Source of the DNA: Vicugna vicugna
Lineage: Eukaryota
DNA length: 64,000 bases
Reading direction: 5' to 3'
NCBI GenBank assembly: GCA_013265495.1
Contig: MU057416.1
Coordinates: forward strand, 1,296,545-1,360,544
Made by a program: the position numbers and the translations under genes. This document shows, one piece after another, positions 49,971 to 63,349 of the stretch (position 1 is the stretch's first letter; the number at the start of each line of letters is the position of its first letter). The notes under the pieces were generated by a model. The model was given only the letters and a program-made list of their open reading frames with translations. It was not told where the DNA came from and did no database searches.

Positions 49971-51329
49971 GCGAACGCCAGCTCCAGGGGCGAGGCAAGC
50001 AGCTTATGCCCGGCTGCAGGAAGGCACACGTCAAAGTGCTGCCGGACGGCTTGCTCCAGGCTGCGTGTGACAATGCGGAATTCTGCGTTTAAGTGAGATT
50101 TGGTAAAAGGCTTTCTAAGTAACTGACTTTATTATAATCTATCCATGGACGAACGATCCAAGTCTTTCCATTCTAGATGGATTCGAAGGAAGATCTTAAA
50201 TATTCAAAGTTCAAACCCCTCCCAAATTTAAGGTATGGCCTGTATTCCTACACTGTTTTTTTTTTAATTAAGGTATTAAAAACTGCAGGATTCCAGCTAC
50301 AGCGTCTTCTGCAAGTCTATTCAACCTAACAAGCATCTATAAATGTCCTGTCATATTTCTTAACTATCCCTGGTGCAGTGAAATTACTCAATTCCCTAAC
50401 TCAAAAGTGAATTTATAGAAACTCCAAATTTCTTCATTTTGCCCTAACCGCGTCACTTTAGGATACTCTAGTATGTCATTAAATCTGAATTCTCAGGGAA
50501 AGGTTTCACTTAATGGGAGCTTTTTTTAAAATCAGAGTGTGAACTTGGATGCAGACCCCTCACCTCACTGCTGGTACCCCCCACGTAACGTAGCTGCTGT
50601 CCTCTCGGAGTTCCCTGAGTTGCTGGTTGGCTTTATCGTCCAGCCATGTGACTTACGGGCATCGCAACCCTGAGTCATCTAGGGGATGAAAGATTGTATT
50701 GATACAATCCACACAACTCGTTGAATGTGGGACCCCAACAACCTCAAGAGCACACCCCGGATCAGCCTCCTGGCAGTACGTCCCGACGTGGTGCCCACTG
50801 ACGCTTCCCGGCATCACCGCGCTCATTCAGAGCCCAGCTGAAAAGTAAGAAAGTTCAGCGTTCATTTTCAGCTGTGTCTCTGGCTTTCACCACCTTCTCC
50901 ATACTCTGGGTTTGATGTCACAGGGCAGACGTCTGCCTGCGTACATCAACAGTCACTCCTAAGTCAAGTGCAGCATGGATGCTTTAACTCGGATGGCTTT
51001 GTTTTATTTTTGTACAAATATTAAGCAACATTAATGGAATCAGTATAAAGGAAGAAAAAGGTGCTCATGGCATAACGCTGCCCTCACACCGAACCCACAG
51101 CATCACTCCTTACCCGCACACGCACGTAATTTTAAATCACATTTGCAGTATACACGCTGCTCGGGGTGTTGTCCTTTTTGCTTTTTATCTTTCCATGTTG
51201 CCTGACACTTCACACATCATTTTCAGTGCTAAATACTCCATCTGATAAAATTCCACAGTTTTTTTTTAAGGTTCCTTCTGTGAGACATCAGGCTTTTCTC
51301 TTGAGTTGGGGAGACCATCAAGATAACCC

Positions 51330-51515
51330 TACAGTAAGTTCCTACTGTATAGCACAGGGAACCACATTCAGTGTCTTGTAGTAACTTACTGTGAAAAAGA
51401 ACACGAAGACAAATGCATGTGTGTTCACGTATGACGGACGCTCCGTGCTGGACACCAGAAATTGACACAACCTTGTAAACTGACTCCACTTCGATAAAAA
51501 TGTATTTTAAAAAAC
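51330..51515 (+). mobile_element. Young lineage-specific L1 3' end, 5'-truncated
   Basis: ctactgtatagcacagggaaccacattcagtgtcttgtagtaac...gacaccagaaattgacacaaccttgtaaactgact; same family as 42080-42332. Confidence 0.9.
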
Positions 51516-52511
51516 AACCACTCTACAAAGGCATCTTACTAGAAACTCTGAAACAAATTCTGGGTCTGGGATTGCCCAATCAAAGAATATGAACATTTTC
51601 ACATCTCGATTACATTTCAACCCAGGCTTAAGTTTGTTCTCAGCAGCGTGAGTAATGCGGGTGTTCCAGGAAATGCATGATGAGTATGGAAGTGCCCTGG
51701 GTTTTGTTTACGTCAAGAGGAGCACTGGAGAAACAGGAAAGAAGTCACTTCCAGTGACCGGCCCATCAGCCCAGGAGTTTGTGCAAGCTGCTGCCCTCTG
51801 AGGCGGCTGAGAAGACACGTGCCCCAAACATCTCAGTTTTCCTGCGCACCGCCCTGGACTGATTATCCATAAGACTGTGTGCACACACATTCTTTTCAGA
51901 AACTGGCTTTGCAGATGCAGCCATGTACTCTGCTGGCAGGAACGTGCCTGTCCTGTTCGCCACAAGGCACCTGGAGCTCAGAAGCGGGGGCAGGTAGCAG
52001 GTGCGGCTCGCCGAATGGCAGGAATGCTGAGGGTACTGAAGGCGGCTCGAACCCACTATGCAGGTGGTGTAAGTTGGGCAAAACGCCTTCTTTTCCACTC
52101 AGGGAATCTTAACTTACTTACTGACCCACACGTTATCTGACAAATCTCTCAGTCAGGACTCGCTGATAACACACGAGACCCGCCATGGCACGAATCAGAA
52201 GTCGCTCGCTTTGAAGGAAATGAAAGAGGGGATTGTAGAACGAAGAGGCCAGACCACAGCAGCAGCCCCCGGCAGGGCTCCCCGCGCAGCCCTGAGGGGC
52301 CAAGCGGGGCCTCCCCGGGAGCCCTCCAGCTCCCAGGGTCACCGGGAAGTCAGAGCTCACTAGGGAGAGAGGAAAAGAAACAGCCAAGAAGAGACTACGC
52401 AACAAACAAAATGCTTTATTCAGCTGCCTATCGGTTTGTTTGTGGCTTTTTGCCACCAGAAGCTGGTCAGCACTGGAGTTCAGCACAAACCATCTTTAAA
52501 CCAGTGCACTC

Positions 52512-52645
52512 GGGGGAGAGGAGAGCTCAGTGGTGGAGCACATGCTTAGCAGGCACGAGGTCCTGGGTTCAATCCCCAGCACCTCCTCTAAAAATAAGCA
52601 AACCGAATTACCTCCCCACCTAAAAAAACTTTTTTAATAAATATA
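52512..52645 (+). mobile_element. Vic-1-type SINE
   Basis: tRNA-Ala head and tail; TSD core cagtgcact at 52502-52510 and 52649-52657. Confidence 0.96.
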
Positions 52646-53486
52646 AGACAGTGCACTGAGATTTCCTAGAAAGGTTTCTAACAAAAGAGGTCTTCAGGAT
52701 TGAAGCTAACTTCACACTTTCCCCAGTTCCACAGACCATCCAGTCCCAGTCACACGCCACCAAGTACCGGATGACCTGTCTTGGCCCAGTGTCGTTCTCT
52801 ACATGTGCAGTATTCAGGTGTGGCTTTAGGTAACGCATGGATGCTCACAGGTGCATCAGAAGTAAACACGTGAGGTCCTGCGGCTCCCGCGATGACAAAA
52901 ACTAGAGTAAAATTCCAGACATGCTGGTCATCCAAAGCCACAAGGGTGCAGAGGAAACAGGCGCCCCTGAGGGCAAGAGTAAAGCCAGGAGTTCTGCAGA
53001 ATGTAACAGTAAGCACCTCTATCAAAGACACAGGTCATCTACCACTAAAATGAATCTCTGTCACATTCCTTAACTCTCATGTGGTGAGAGAGACAGCCCC
53101 ATTCAGAAGGAAAAAGGCATGAGGTTCACTGCCCAACACGGAACCATCCTGCAGTTCAGAGAAACTCTAACACAGCCTGAGGACTTCGGGCTGACACGTC
53201 TCCTCTGCACGGGAGAGCAGCACCTCGGAGCGCCTCCTGGTCCAGCTGGAGTGGGCGCGGTCATGGCAGCGTGTCCACAGAGGTCTGCCGATAACCGTGA
53301 CGGTGAATTTCCATTTCACGTGAACTCGACATGGAGCAAATTCCATTTACTCCAATTATGTGATGAGAGTAAGTTTAAAGACACTTTACATTGGCTTATT
53401 TTAGAATGTAATAATATTCCAACTAGAGCAACTAGATACAGTCAACATACTCTATAACTTTACAGAGCTATAAAGGTCTTGTTCCT

Positions 53487-53660
53487 GGGGGGAGGATATA
53501 GCTCAAGTGGCAGAGCGCATGCCTAGCGTGCACAAGGTCCTGGGTTCAATCCCCAGCACCTCCTCTAGAAAGAAAGAAAGAAAGAAACCTAATTACCTCC
53601 CCCGTCAAAAAAACCCAAAAAACCAAAAAATAATAAATTTAAAAACTGATTTTAAAAAAA
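53487..53660 (+). mobile_element. Vic-1-type SINE
   Basis: tRNA-Ala head, (GAAA)n, aacctaattacctccccc; imperfect TSD aaaggtcttgttcc / aaagggtttgtttcc. Confidence 0.96.
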
Positions 53661-53829
53661 GGGTTTGTTTCCGATAACACTGACACTTCATGAAGTTCAG
53701 GCCATCTCATTTTTGCTGTTCTTTTGCAGATCTTCGACTGTCACACACACGTATCCCGGCAGATACGTCAGAATATACAAATAAGCAACCAGGCAAACAC
53801 TGCGCGAAATCCCACCGCCCAGACACAGC

Positions 53830-54260
53830 ACGCTGCCAGCCCTTCCAGACTCTGCCCTGCGCGTTCATTCCTATGAAGAGAGGAGTCGTCCTGTGCTGTA
53901 TTTCACACGTTCTTGTTTTAACCAGATCAATGTTGAGCACCTCTTCGTTTTCATAAGACCACTTTTAGTGCCTGCACTTTAGTAGGAGAACGGGTCAGTC
54001 AGCTTGTCTGGACACGTAGCGTGTCTCCATTTTTCACGGCTATAAGCAGTGCTGGGATGCACACGTCTGTCCACCTTGGTACACAGCCCACAGCATCCCA
54101 CAGACAATGTCCCTGGAATCGCAACCGGTGGCTTCAATGTTCTGTGGATATTTTACGGTTTTGGATAAAAACTGGCCTCCAGCAAAGCTGCACTGATTTA
54201 AACCACCAACTAGCCGAATATGAAAGTTTAGCCCATCTCAAAGCAACGTCCCCTTAGCGG
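53830..54260 (-). mobile_element. Old L1ME-type fragment
   Basis: ccagcccttccagactct...ttttcacggctataagcagtgctgggatgcacac...aaactggcctccagcaaagctgcactgattta. Confidence 0.6.
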
Positions 54261-56059
54261 TATGTGTAACTTAGATGATGTCTTAAATCAAAACGCAGGC
54301 AGTATCAGTCAACAAAAGAAAAATGACCACTAAACATTAAGACACCTACCTTCAAAATAATCATAAAAATGCAAATCCAAATGACTGCATTTGCCCTCTA
54401 TCACAATGGCAGCCTCTCCTAGAAAGGAGCTGGCAAGAGTGAGCTGGCAAGCGTGACCCCGGCACCTGCAGACGCGGCCGGTGACTGAGCCCCCGGCGCA
54501 CACTTCTGGAGGTGCGTTCGGCAGAGTCAAAGCCTTGAGATCCTCCAAACTCCTTCACCTAAACTCTACTTGCAGACTTCCCCAGACCAAAATAATCAGA
54601 GTATGAAGAATTGCTCACAGAAGCACTCAGAGCTTTATGCATGTCGTCCCCTGAACAGCGAAAGATTAGGAACAACCAGTTATCAGGGAAGCAACAAACT
54701 AGATTTTAAAAACTGCACAAAAAGAATAATAAAAAGGACAGAAATGACATGTGCACAGGAAAAGCTGAAAGGAAATAGGACCAAATGTTGATGAAATGGT
54801 TTTCCAAGTGTTGGACGTCTTTTCCAACTGCTTAGCAATAAACTCTTGATTATCAGAAAAACCCAAAAGAAACAGCAAAGTATATGCAGTCATTGAGCTT
54901 CATTTCTTCGAGTAAAGTAAAAATGCTACCAAGTCCTCTTTAGACACTGGAGTTTTATCTTCCGCATCTTGGCTCATACGGTTAACGGACATTGTGCATC
55001 TAAAGGACTATTAACTTAAAGTATGTTTGCTTCTAAATGTTGCCCCGTAATTTCTAGAGAGTTTGTGAAAGTGTTTAAAACTTGCCTTTCTGTAGGATAA
55101 CTTATGGGAGCTTAACAGCACAGTAACTTTGCAATCAAAAGCCTGCCTCCGGCATGTGTGGCAGCAAGGGCTGTTTCCCTCGAAAACCGGCAATTACAGT
55201 GATGGAAGGTGGATACAGGGAAGGAATCAGGCACCGAGTCTCCACTTCACCACCTGGTGCAACGGACGCATGGAAACAGGGCAGAAGGGAAAGGACGGGG
55301 ACGGGGCCTTTTGAATTGCTTACTCACTCAGAAATACTCAGAACCTGCTCCAAACACTGCTGTACAACCTAGAGCCACAAACGGAAGCCCGTCTTCCTCC
55401 CTCGCCGTCTCTCCCTCCGTCTCCCTAAAGGAGTCGAGACCAAGGCGGACGCTCAGGGAAGGGAAGCTCTCCATCTTCTCCAACGGCGCTTTTCAAGTTA
55501 TAGATTGGTTTTTAGTAGGTCCCCTCCAGCCCTTTAAAAAAATGGAATCGAATAAAATATATCAGAGGGCAATAACAAAGAGATTTTGTGTGAAAGCTTT
55601 GTATCTATTACATGATTTGTATCACAGGTGATGTAAACGCGTCTCTGACTGTGGGGTCACCAGAGAGGTTTGAAAGCTTCTATCCTGGCGTCACGGAGAA
55701 ACAGTGAAACCAGCAAGAAACTGCTCTTCCCCACCCGTGAGCAAAAAGCAAATCCCTAAGTCAAGAGTTCCTGGAAAGCATGAAAAAATAAAGTGGGGCA
55801 GAAGGACTCTGTAGTTACGCCCAAGAGCAACCCCTAAAGCTTCCCAAGGTCTGAGTTGCCTGAAACCAGTGAGGTGTCGGCAGCTTGGCCACATCCAGTC
55901 CCGGTCTGTTTCCTAACACTTGGTTTCCCCGCGACACCATAATTACACAGCCTGTTACTGCCACAAACCCCCGGTCCTCTGGGCTGCCCCCGCCTCGCCC
56001 TACTCCTCTCCTCCGCTGAAAGCCTTCCTTGTAAACTCTGGGACCCACGACTAATCACA

Positions 56060-56420
56060 GCCTCCTGGCACTCACCGAGACCTCCCTCCGCGCAGCCCTC
56101 TCCATGGCAGGCTGTTCTGAGACCCTTCCCAGTGCCTGGCCGCGTGGAAGCCCGGTGACCAGTGATGGAGACGCCGCCGGTCCCAGGCGGCCCCGGGCTT
56201 GCCTGCTGCAGAGACAGGACCCGAGAGAGCTGACCGGGCTGGGCAGGGTCTCACGGGAAGTCTGGATTTTATTCCAAGAGCAACAGGGGAGTGAGGCTCT
56301 GAGTAATTCCAGAGGAAGTGGACTGGATGGTGGCAAAAATGAAAACAGGGAGAAGAGTAAGGAAGGTAAAACAGGCTGACCCAGGGACTAGGGTGGCTGA
56401 GCCTGGGCGGTGCGGCGGAC
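56060..56420 (-). mobile_element. L2 fragment
   Basis: ggaagtctggattttattccaagagcaacaggggagtgaggctctgag. Confidence 0.6.
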
Positions 56421-58798
56421 TGAGGACCGGTCCTGGAGGTCGGTCAGTGGAGTCTGTCCATCGACTGGAAAGGGGAGAATTAACACGGACAAGGGTTTGG
56501 AGCGGGGCGGGGTCCATGTCCTCCCTAATCCACTCAAAACTTCTGAAAGTATCCCCCTGCAAAACTGTTTTGGGGCCTCACAGCATTTGGTTAAATACCC
56601 ACCCCGGCTAACACCTGCTCACCTCCTACCTACCCCTTCCCAGGAGGAGCGCTTTGGAAGCAGCTCCTCTGCTCCCCAAATCCTGCTGTCTTTCTGGAAA
56701 TCTTCCAGATCCAGGGCCCAGCCACCCGTCCCTGCCCCTCAGTTTGGGACCACCCTGCCTCCAACTCTGCTGGGCGCCAGTCCAACCCCGTCTCCTCCCA
56801 CAGCTGCGCCCGGGCCCACCCCGTCTGGGGAGCAAACTGCAGTCGCATGGACTCCACCACCGTGGCTTTCCGACCCCCAGGGCTCTTTCCTTTCCCCATC
56901 CTGCCCCCTCTGTCCACACCTCCCCCTGCTGTCCCGCCTGCTGCCAGCAAACCCACACCCGTCCAGCCGGTGCCACCTGCTGCGGGGCCCCGGCGTCCCG
57001 GCCACCCCCAGCCTTGCGCCCCTCCTGCCTGCGCTCAGGCCGCCTGTCCGGCCCCGCAGCCCCGGGGTCCACTCCTGCCCACAGCCACCACACACCGGCA
57101 GCATCCTTACGCCGCCCGCCCATTAGACCCTGCGACGGCCCTTCTCTGTCACCAGGCTTCAACCAAGCTCAAGAGGAGGGACCACGTCTGATTCTTAACT
57201 GTCAGCAGCTAGCGGTGCCTGGAGTGCGAGAAACACTGCGATGGAGAGAGAGCGTATTTAAGAACTGAAACTAAGAGTGGAGGGATTTTGAGCTGAAAAG
57301 TGAACTCGTAACCGGAGGCCTTTCACCAAACTCGCCCCGTCTGTTACCCTCTGTATGTAAAGGAAACACTGTCCCCCTAGGAAGGCGACATAAGTCGGCT
57401 TACGTCTGCCCCAGGGGGACCGCTGCCACACCCCCCGCTCTTCTCACCCCCTCGGAGGCCAGCGGCGCAAGCCTGCAGCACGCCCGGCTGCCGTTAGGGT
57501 CCGCGCGGCAGGAAAGCACACCTGCAGCGTGGACGTATTTTAGTCCTTTCTGGCAAATTTGTATTTAAACAGCTAATACTGAAAATCACCTTTTTAAAAG
57601 CTTATGGCATTAAATCTGCTACAAAAGACTGACTGGTGTATGTGAGTGTGTTACGATGCGAAGTCTCAACAGTGAGGCAGACCTGTGACGTGTAACTGTG
57701 ATACTATTACTATTCTTACACAGGTTTCTCAGGCAATTTGTTTTGCTAAAAGTTGCAAAGTGTAGTAGTCAAGTTAAATCCTTAAAAAATAAAAAGTTTG
57801 AGCTGTATCTTATTGATGAGGTGATAACAAAACACTGGTTTGCATTTAGAAGTGTCTATAGCTTCCTGAATTGTGTGTCTTATGCTTGACGTTCATGGAC
57901 TCAGAATGTCGAAGTCATCCCAAATAACACGCAACAAATTCCATTTTCCTTTCCACCTGGCTTTTGGGAAAGATTAAATGGGCTAGCTGGTAAACAATGA
58001 GAAATCCCAGGAAAAAAACAGTTATCGGATAAACAAACAGTAGGAAACTAAGTGGCACTTTTGTTCTAAAAAATTTCCAAAATATCCTCAAATTACCTTC
58101 AGTCTCTCAGTTCACCCTCTAAGCAAGCCCTGTATTACACAGCTTCAGGAAAGATTCCTCAACAGACTAGAATTATAAAAACATAGTTAATATATATAAA
58201 CACTGGAGTTTTTACTCTTGAATATAGCATTTTCAATTTTTTGTCTAAAATTAGTTATTCTGAAAACAAAATAAATCAAACCGTGTGGTAGATGAGCAAC
58301 CCTGACATCATTACACAATTCCTATTCCTGATAAAACTGTATTTCTTCTTATCTAAATATTAACATTTATTTCACAAGAGAGCTGTTATTAACAAGATAA
58401 CAAGAAGAGGCAAGTGTATCTATGTACATTTTGGGGAAACAAAATGAGGAAGGTGGTAATATTTATACTGAATTTCCTTCGTATTCATCATGCCAGTGGA
58501 AACTACAAAAATAATCTGAACTTCACCGAGACAGAAAATAATCTACTTTTTCATGTTATAAACTTTACTTTCCTCAAAAAAACCAACCTGGCCAGTGTGC
58601 AGATTGCAAATATTAGCACTGTACTCAGTAGACACTGACAACTGCAAACACGCGGCTGAGCCCGGCGGCGGCAGCACCGCCTGCCTGGGGAATCACAGGA
58701 AGGACGCGGGGAGAGTCTGCAGAAAAGAGCGGGTCAGGTACACACCCCTCCCCGCTGCCCGCCCAGCGGGCCCAGTTCTGCCGCTCACCCTCACTTAC

Positions 58799-58834
58799 CT
58801 AAGGCCACGGAGCGACGTCCTGCTCCCACGAGGA
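58799..58834 (-). other. Candidate 36-nt exon (unverified)
   Basis: Acceptor cccttctgtgccag| and donor TAG|GTAAGT. Confidence 0.15.
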
Positions 58835-60024
58835 CTGGCACAGAAGGGCTGGGACCCGGGAGGCAACAGCCCGAGGCCCGGAGCCAGGTGCGGCTGCGGG
58901 GACCCACCAGCTCAAGCTCCTCCTGTCCTTGGTCCCGACGCCCGGGGCCTGGGGCCAGGCTGGGCAGTGAGCGCCGCGGAAGGTGTGCAGGGCCTGGCTG
59001 CGCCTGCGTTGGCCTCCCTGCCCCCCCCCACTCCCGGGGTTTCTCTGGTGGAAGTGTCCTGACCCAGTCTGTTCACGTCTGAAGTGAGATGGTTATTGTC
59101 TCGCTTTCTACTAAGTGAGGCAAGGTAGGCCGGACCTTTTGCACGAAGCAGATGCTGAACAAATGACCACACCCGACGCACAGAAGTCAGCGCAACCTCG
59201 TCGGCCACCTGTGTCCTTCGGGCTGTGTGCGTGGTACGCCGGCCCACGCGGCCCCGTTACAGAGCACGCGGCAATCACGCTGCTCGGGCTGACGCAGCTC
59301 CGAAGTCAGACGTCCCGGCCGATGGGCCAGAGTTTCAGGGCACAGGGAAACCACTCCTCCTGCCCCGTCAGACGGCGGGCCTCCCCCGGCCCCGCGCGGG
59401 GCAGCCGAGGAGAGGCAGCACTCAGGTGCTGCACACAGAAGGAGGCTTGTCTTTAAGGGACATTTCTTTGTTAAAGAAAGAGTCTCGGAGTAAAAGATGG
59501 ATTAGCTATCTCTTCCTTGACTAATTTATGTTTTAATGTTTTAAAGGTAAACATGAGGTTAATAGAAATAAGGAGTTTTAGTCAACTGCAAATAGATTCA
59601 TCCTCACTAAAGAAATCAGGCCGACGGCAAACTCTAAACACCACATACTAATCCCAGATCTCTCACCACAGCGAGCCAAAAGTTACCCAGACTGCGCCAG
59701 AACCAGCAGGCTTTGCCCCGAGCCTACAGCTGCTCCCAATGCTCCATCGGTGATTTTCATTTAAAATTTAAGAGGCAGTAAGTCCCTTCAATTAATGAAT
59801 ATCATCGTCAGGTAAAACAATGATCAGAAATAAAAGAGTAACTGGCTTTGAAACAAGCTTTAAAATGAAATCATTGAAACAGGCAGATCCAAGGTTCTCT
59901 AGGAAAGCGTCTTGCTAAAAACTGCCCCGTCTTTAGTCACACTGAGCCCTGTATTCATCCCTCAAATAGCGATTGGTCAGGTGATCCAAGGATTTCGCCA
60001 TCTGTTCCCAAGTCACCCGATAGT

Positions 60025-60240
60025 GGCACACCTGCTAGAGCACAGAGCAGGCAGTCCGGGCCGGGGAGCCCAGGCCGCGGGGCATCCTGGGCACCGCAGC
60101 GTTTTCAGCAGCATCCCTGGCCTCCTCCCACGAGATGCCAGCGGCTCACGGCCTGGCTCCGGGTTGCGGCCACCGAAACTGCCTCCAGACGCTGCCTGTC
60201 GTTCCCTGGAGGGCAGCGTGCTCCCGGCCGAGAACCACAG
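60025..60240. mobile_element. MER20, GC-shifted
   Basis: ttcagcagcatccctggcctcctcccacgagatgccagc...ctccagacgctgcc...ccctggagggcag...gagaaccac. Confidence 0.85.
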
Positions 60241-63234
60241 ACGTTTCCATCTCTCCTGGGGCGTGTGTACCCCACAGGCCTGCTAAAGTCCACGGCGCGC
60301 CGGGCAGGGCTACAGGCCGAGCTAACTAGTGGTGGCCGCCGGCCTCAGAGCTTGGGGCGAGCCCGGCCCTGCGGCGGTGCTGCAGGCACCCTTCGCCCAA
60401 GAGCAGGCTCAGGTGCAGGGAGATGAAGTAACTCCACTCCTGTTCAGTGTGGAGCCAAAGTTCTAAATTAGGCCTAACTGTAAAGCCTTTCGTCCGGACC
60501 TTCCCGTGAGGCCGGGAGGCGGCTGAGGACGGCAGGCGTGGCAGGACGGCAGAGCTCAAACACCACGGAGGGCTCCAGCCCTTCCAGCCCAGGCATAACC
60601 TTAGGAGAGAGCAGGTCCCCCCGGTCACTGTTCTCACCAGCAGTGTGAACACACGCCCACCTAGGGCGCACAGGGACGTGTGGACCACGACACACAAGTG
60701 TGATTATCACCAGTGATTTTTCTTATACTCATGGCTGGATATCAACCTCCGAAGACCCCTTCCCCATACTCACTCCCCGCCTCCCTTGGGTCTTTGTTCC
60801 AGTGTCCCCCATCCCAGGACCCCTCTCTGAAAAGCACACACCTCAGTCCCTCTCTCTCTGGTGCCTTCGCTGTCCCTCCTGGCACTTATTCTGCCCCATA
60901 ACCTACGATGCATTTGTTCACCCAGCTCCCCAACTAGAATTTAAGGACTTTGTTTTGTTCTCTCTTCACCTCTCTCACCCAGATACTTGCTCAGTGGATT
61001 GATTTTTTAAAAAGTAAACCAGCGGTTGTCAGGATGACGGCTTGTATAGCAGGTAAACTCACTGTGGTGGTCATTCTGCAACATCCACGTCAAGTCACCA
61101 CGCCGACACAAAGCCAACATGGCATCACATGCCAGTCAGACTTCAGCAACGACAACAAGCGAACAGAGGAGAAAAACCCCCAAAACGTAGCCAGCGAAAT
61201 TTGAATTAAGGGCCTCTGGGAATCGGGTAGATTTCGATTCTCTGATCAGAGAAAGGGAAGCGGAGGAGGAGGCGGGACACACTGCTGGGGACGCACCCGG
61301 AGGGGCTGCCCACACGCGTTCTCTGGTCAGCAGCCGAGCGTGCGGCCGAGACTCCGCGGGCTCACCTGCTCCCCGGCGACGCCCTCGCTGCGTGCGTGCG
61401 GGCAGGACCTGAAACGACCCCGCCGAGACGAGATTCAGGGCCACGGAGACTCCCCAGGTGAGTTACAGTCGGCAACAAGGACACGCTCCCTGTGCTGCCT
61501 GCCCTCCGCTTCTCAAGCTGAGCTGCAGGGAAGGCCTCCTGGAGTGAGGGACCCCAGGGGGACTCTCTTGTCTACACGGCATCTCCCCCTAAGGCAGCGA
61601 TCATCTGTATCTGACGGGGTCTCGCTGGAAATGTTTAGTACTGAAAATGCTGATTGCCACGTGAGCAGTAAACACAAGACGTGATGACTGGTAGCTCTGA
61701 CGTCAGTAACAGATCAGCAATCGCTGTCTAGACCGAATAAAGCAGCTCTGAGGTGAGCAGACGACGAGCGTCACAGGCAGCTGAGTGGAGGAGGGGGCAT
61801 CCCAGGTTCAAGGGCAGGCCGTTGTCCCCCCAGCTCTCAGCGTGGATAGTGGTGTAACTGGGAGCAAAATCGAGAGGAGCACTGACCACCACCATTTCCA
61901 ACTTAAAAAATTCTGTTTCCTTTTGAGAGCCTCTGGTAACAGTAAAATGCTCAATTTAGTTTTATTACAAAAAGCAACTTTAAAATCAAATCAGGAAAGT
62001 GAAATTATCAAAACGTCTTCTTATCTATTCCTTATCTAGAACCAAGTGATGCTGTGTTTATAAAAGGAAAAAAATGACTAAAACTTAGATTATTTATAAA
62101 TTAATAAGTTAGTAAGTTTCAGCTAACCTAATAGTTTCATAGAAAAAAATGGCAGAAAGGAGCCACAGGATTTTTAAGACATCCATTTCCAAAGTGAAAA
62201 CTAAGTTTATGATTGCTCTGCTCTGTTCTAATCAAATGTACTCTAGGGACCATTTTAAAAGGATAATTCATTTCACACGGTCCTCGGTATCTTCCAAGTG
62301 TTTATTTCTCCCCTTCCAACAGACACTCCTTGAAACGCACTGCAATTCCACCAGGTGAAAACTGTTTTCTTCAGAAAAAGATCTTTGACCCATGTTTTAC
62401 TAGACGCCTGTAACGGTGTCGCCCAGCACCTGAAGCCCCCCGAAGGGTCTGGGGCGGCTGTTGCTGAAACACAGGGAGAAACCGACCATACGTGAAGAAA
62501 GAATTTAAAAATAACAGCTGTCCTGTGAAGCTCAAATGTTCTAGGTGTGTTTATCAGAAACGAACTCTTTCAAAGCCCAAGTCAGGTCAGGGTCGGGCAG
62601 TGGTTGCTGCTAGTTCTGGGCCGGACTCCCCCTCTCCTCACAATCGGAACAGCCCTAACACACATTCATTCTACGTGTCGCTGAGCAACGCCCCCACCTG
62701 CTCTTGCCAGTATTCGACGAGAAAATACATTCTTTCTTTTGGTATATTCAGCCCCAGTCATTTGTGTTCTCAATGTTTTATTACAAGGCGAGTACATGGG
62801 AGGAAGGAGGTGGGGCGAGTACATTCGATCTTTTAAACAATTATTTATACCTGGCTTATAAACAGAACCACTAACTGAATCATGAAAGGCAATTCTACAA
62901 ATATTTTTAACTTCTGCTCTCACGTTCAGCTGCCAGAATCCTGGCTGGTATTTCAGTACCGAACACTTTTAACAAACAGTACTTTCAGAGGGTTCAAAAT
63001 TTTTTTGCGTGTTAGTTCCAGACGGAGTACTGGTTCAGCTGGGTGAATGACTGGACAGATTCCAGAGCGGCCATTTCTCACCAAATCATGCAGCGCACGT
63101 ACAGCCTAGTCTCCGTTTCACAGGCGTCCGCACTAGCACTCCGGTGCGAGCACCCGTGTCGCTCACCAGTGGTCCTCCTCTCTTCCTGCCAAGTATCAGC
63201 TTGTTTTAGAGGTTTAATAAAATCTGAGTGGACA

Positions 63235-63349
63235 GGGGGAGGGCGTAGCTCAAGTGGTAGAGTGTGTGCTTAGCATGCATGACGAGGTTGTGGGTTCAGC
63301 CCCCAGTGCCTCCTCTAAAAACGAGTAAGTAAACCTAATTACCCTCCCC
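63235..63349 (+). mobile_element. Vic-1-type SINE
   Basis: tRNA-Ala head and tail; 16-bp TSD aaaatctgagtg(g/a)aca at 63219-63234 and 63350-63365. Confidence 0.96.
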
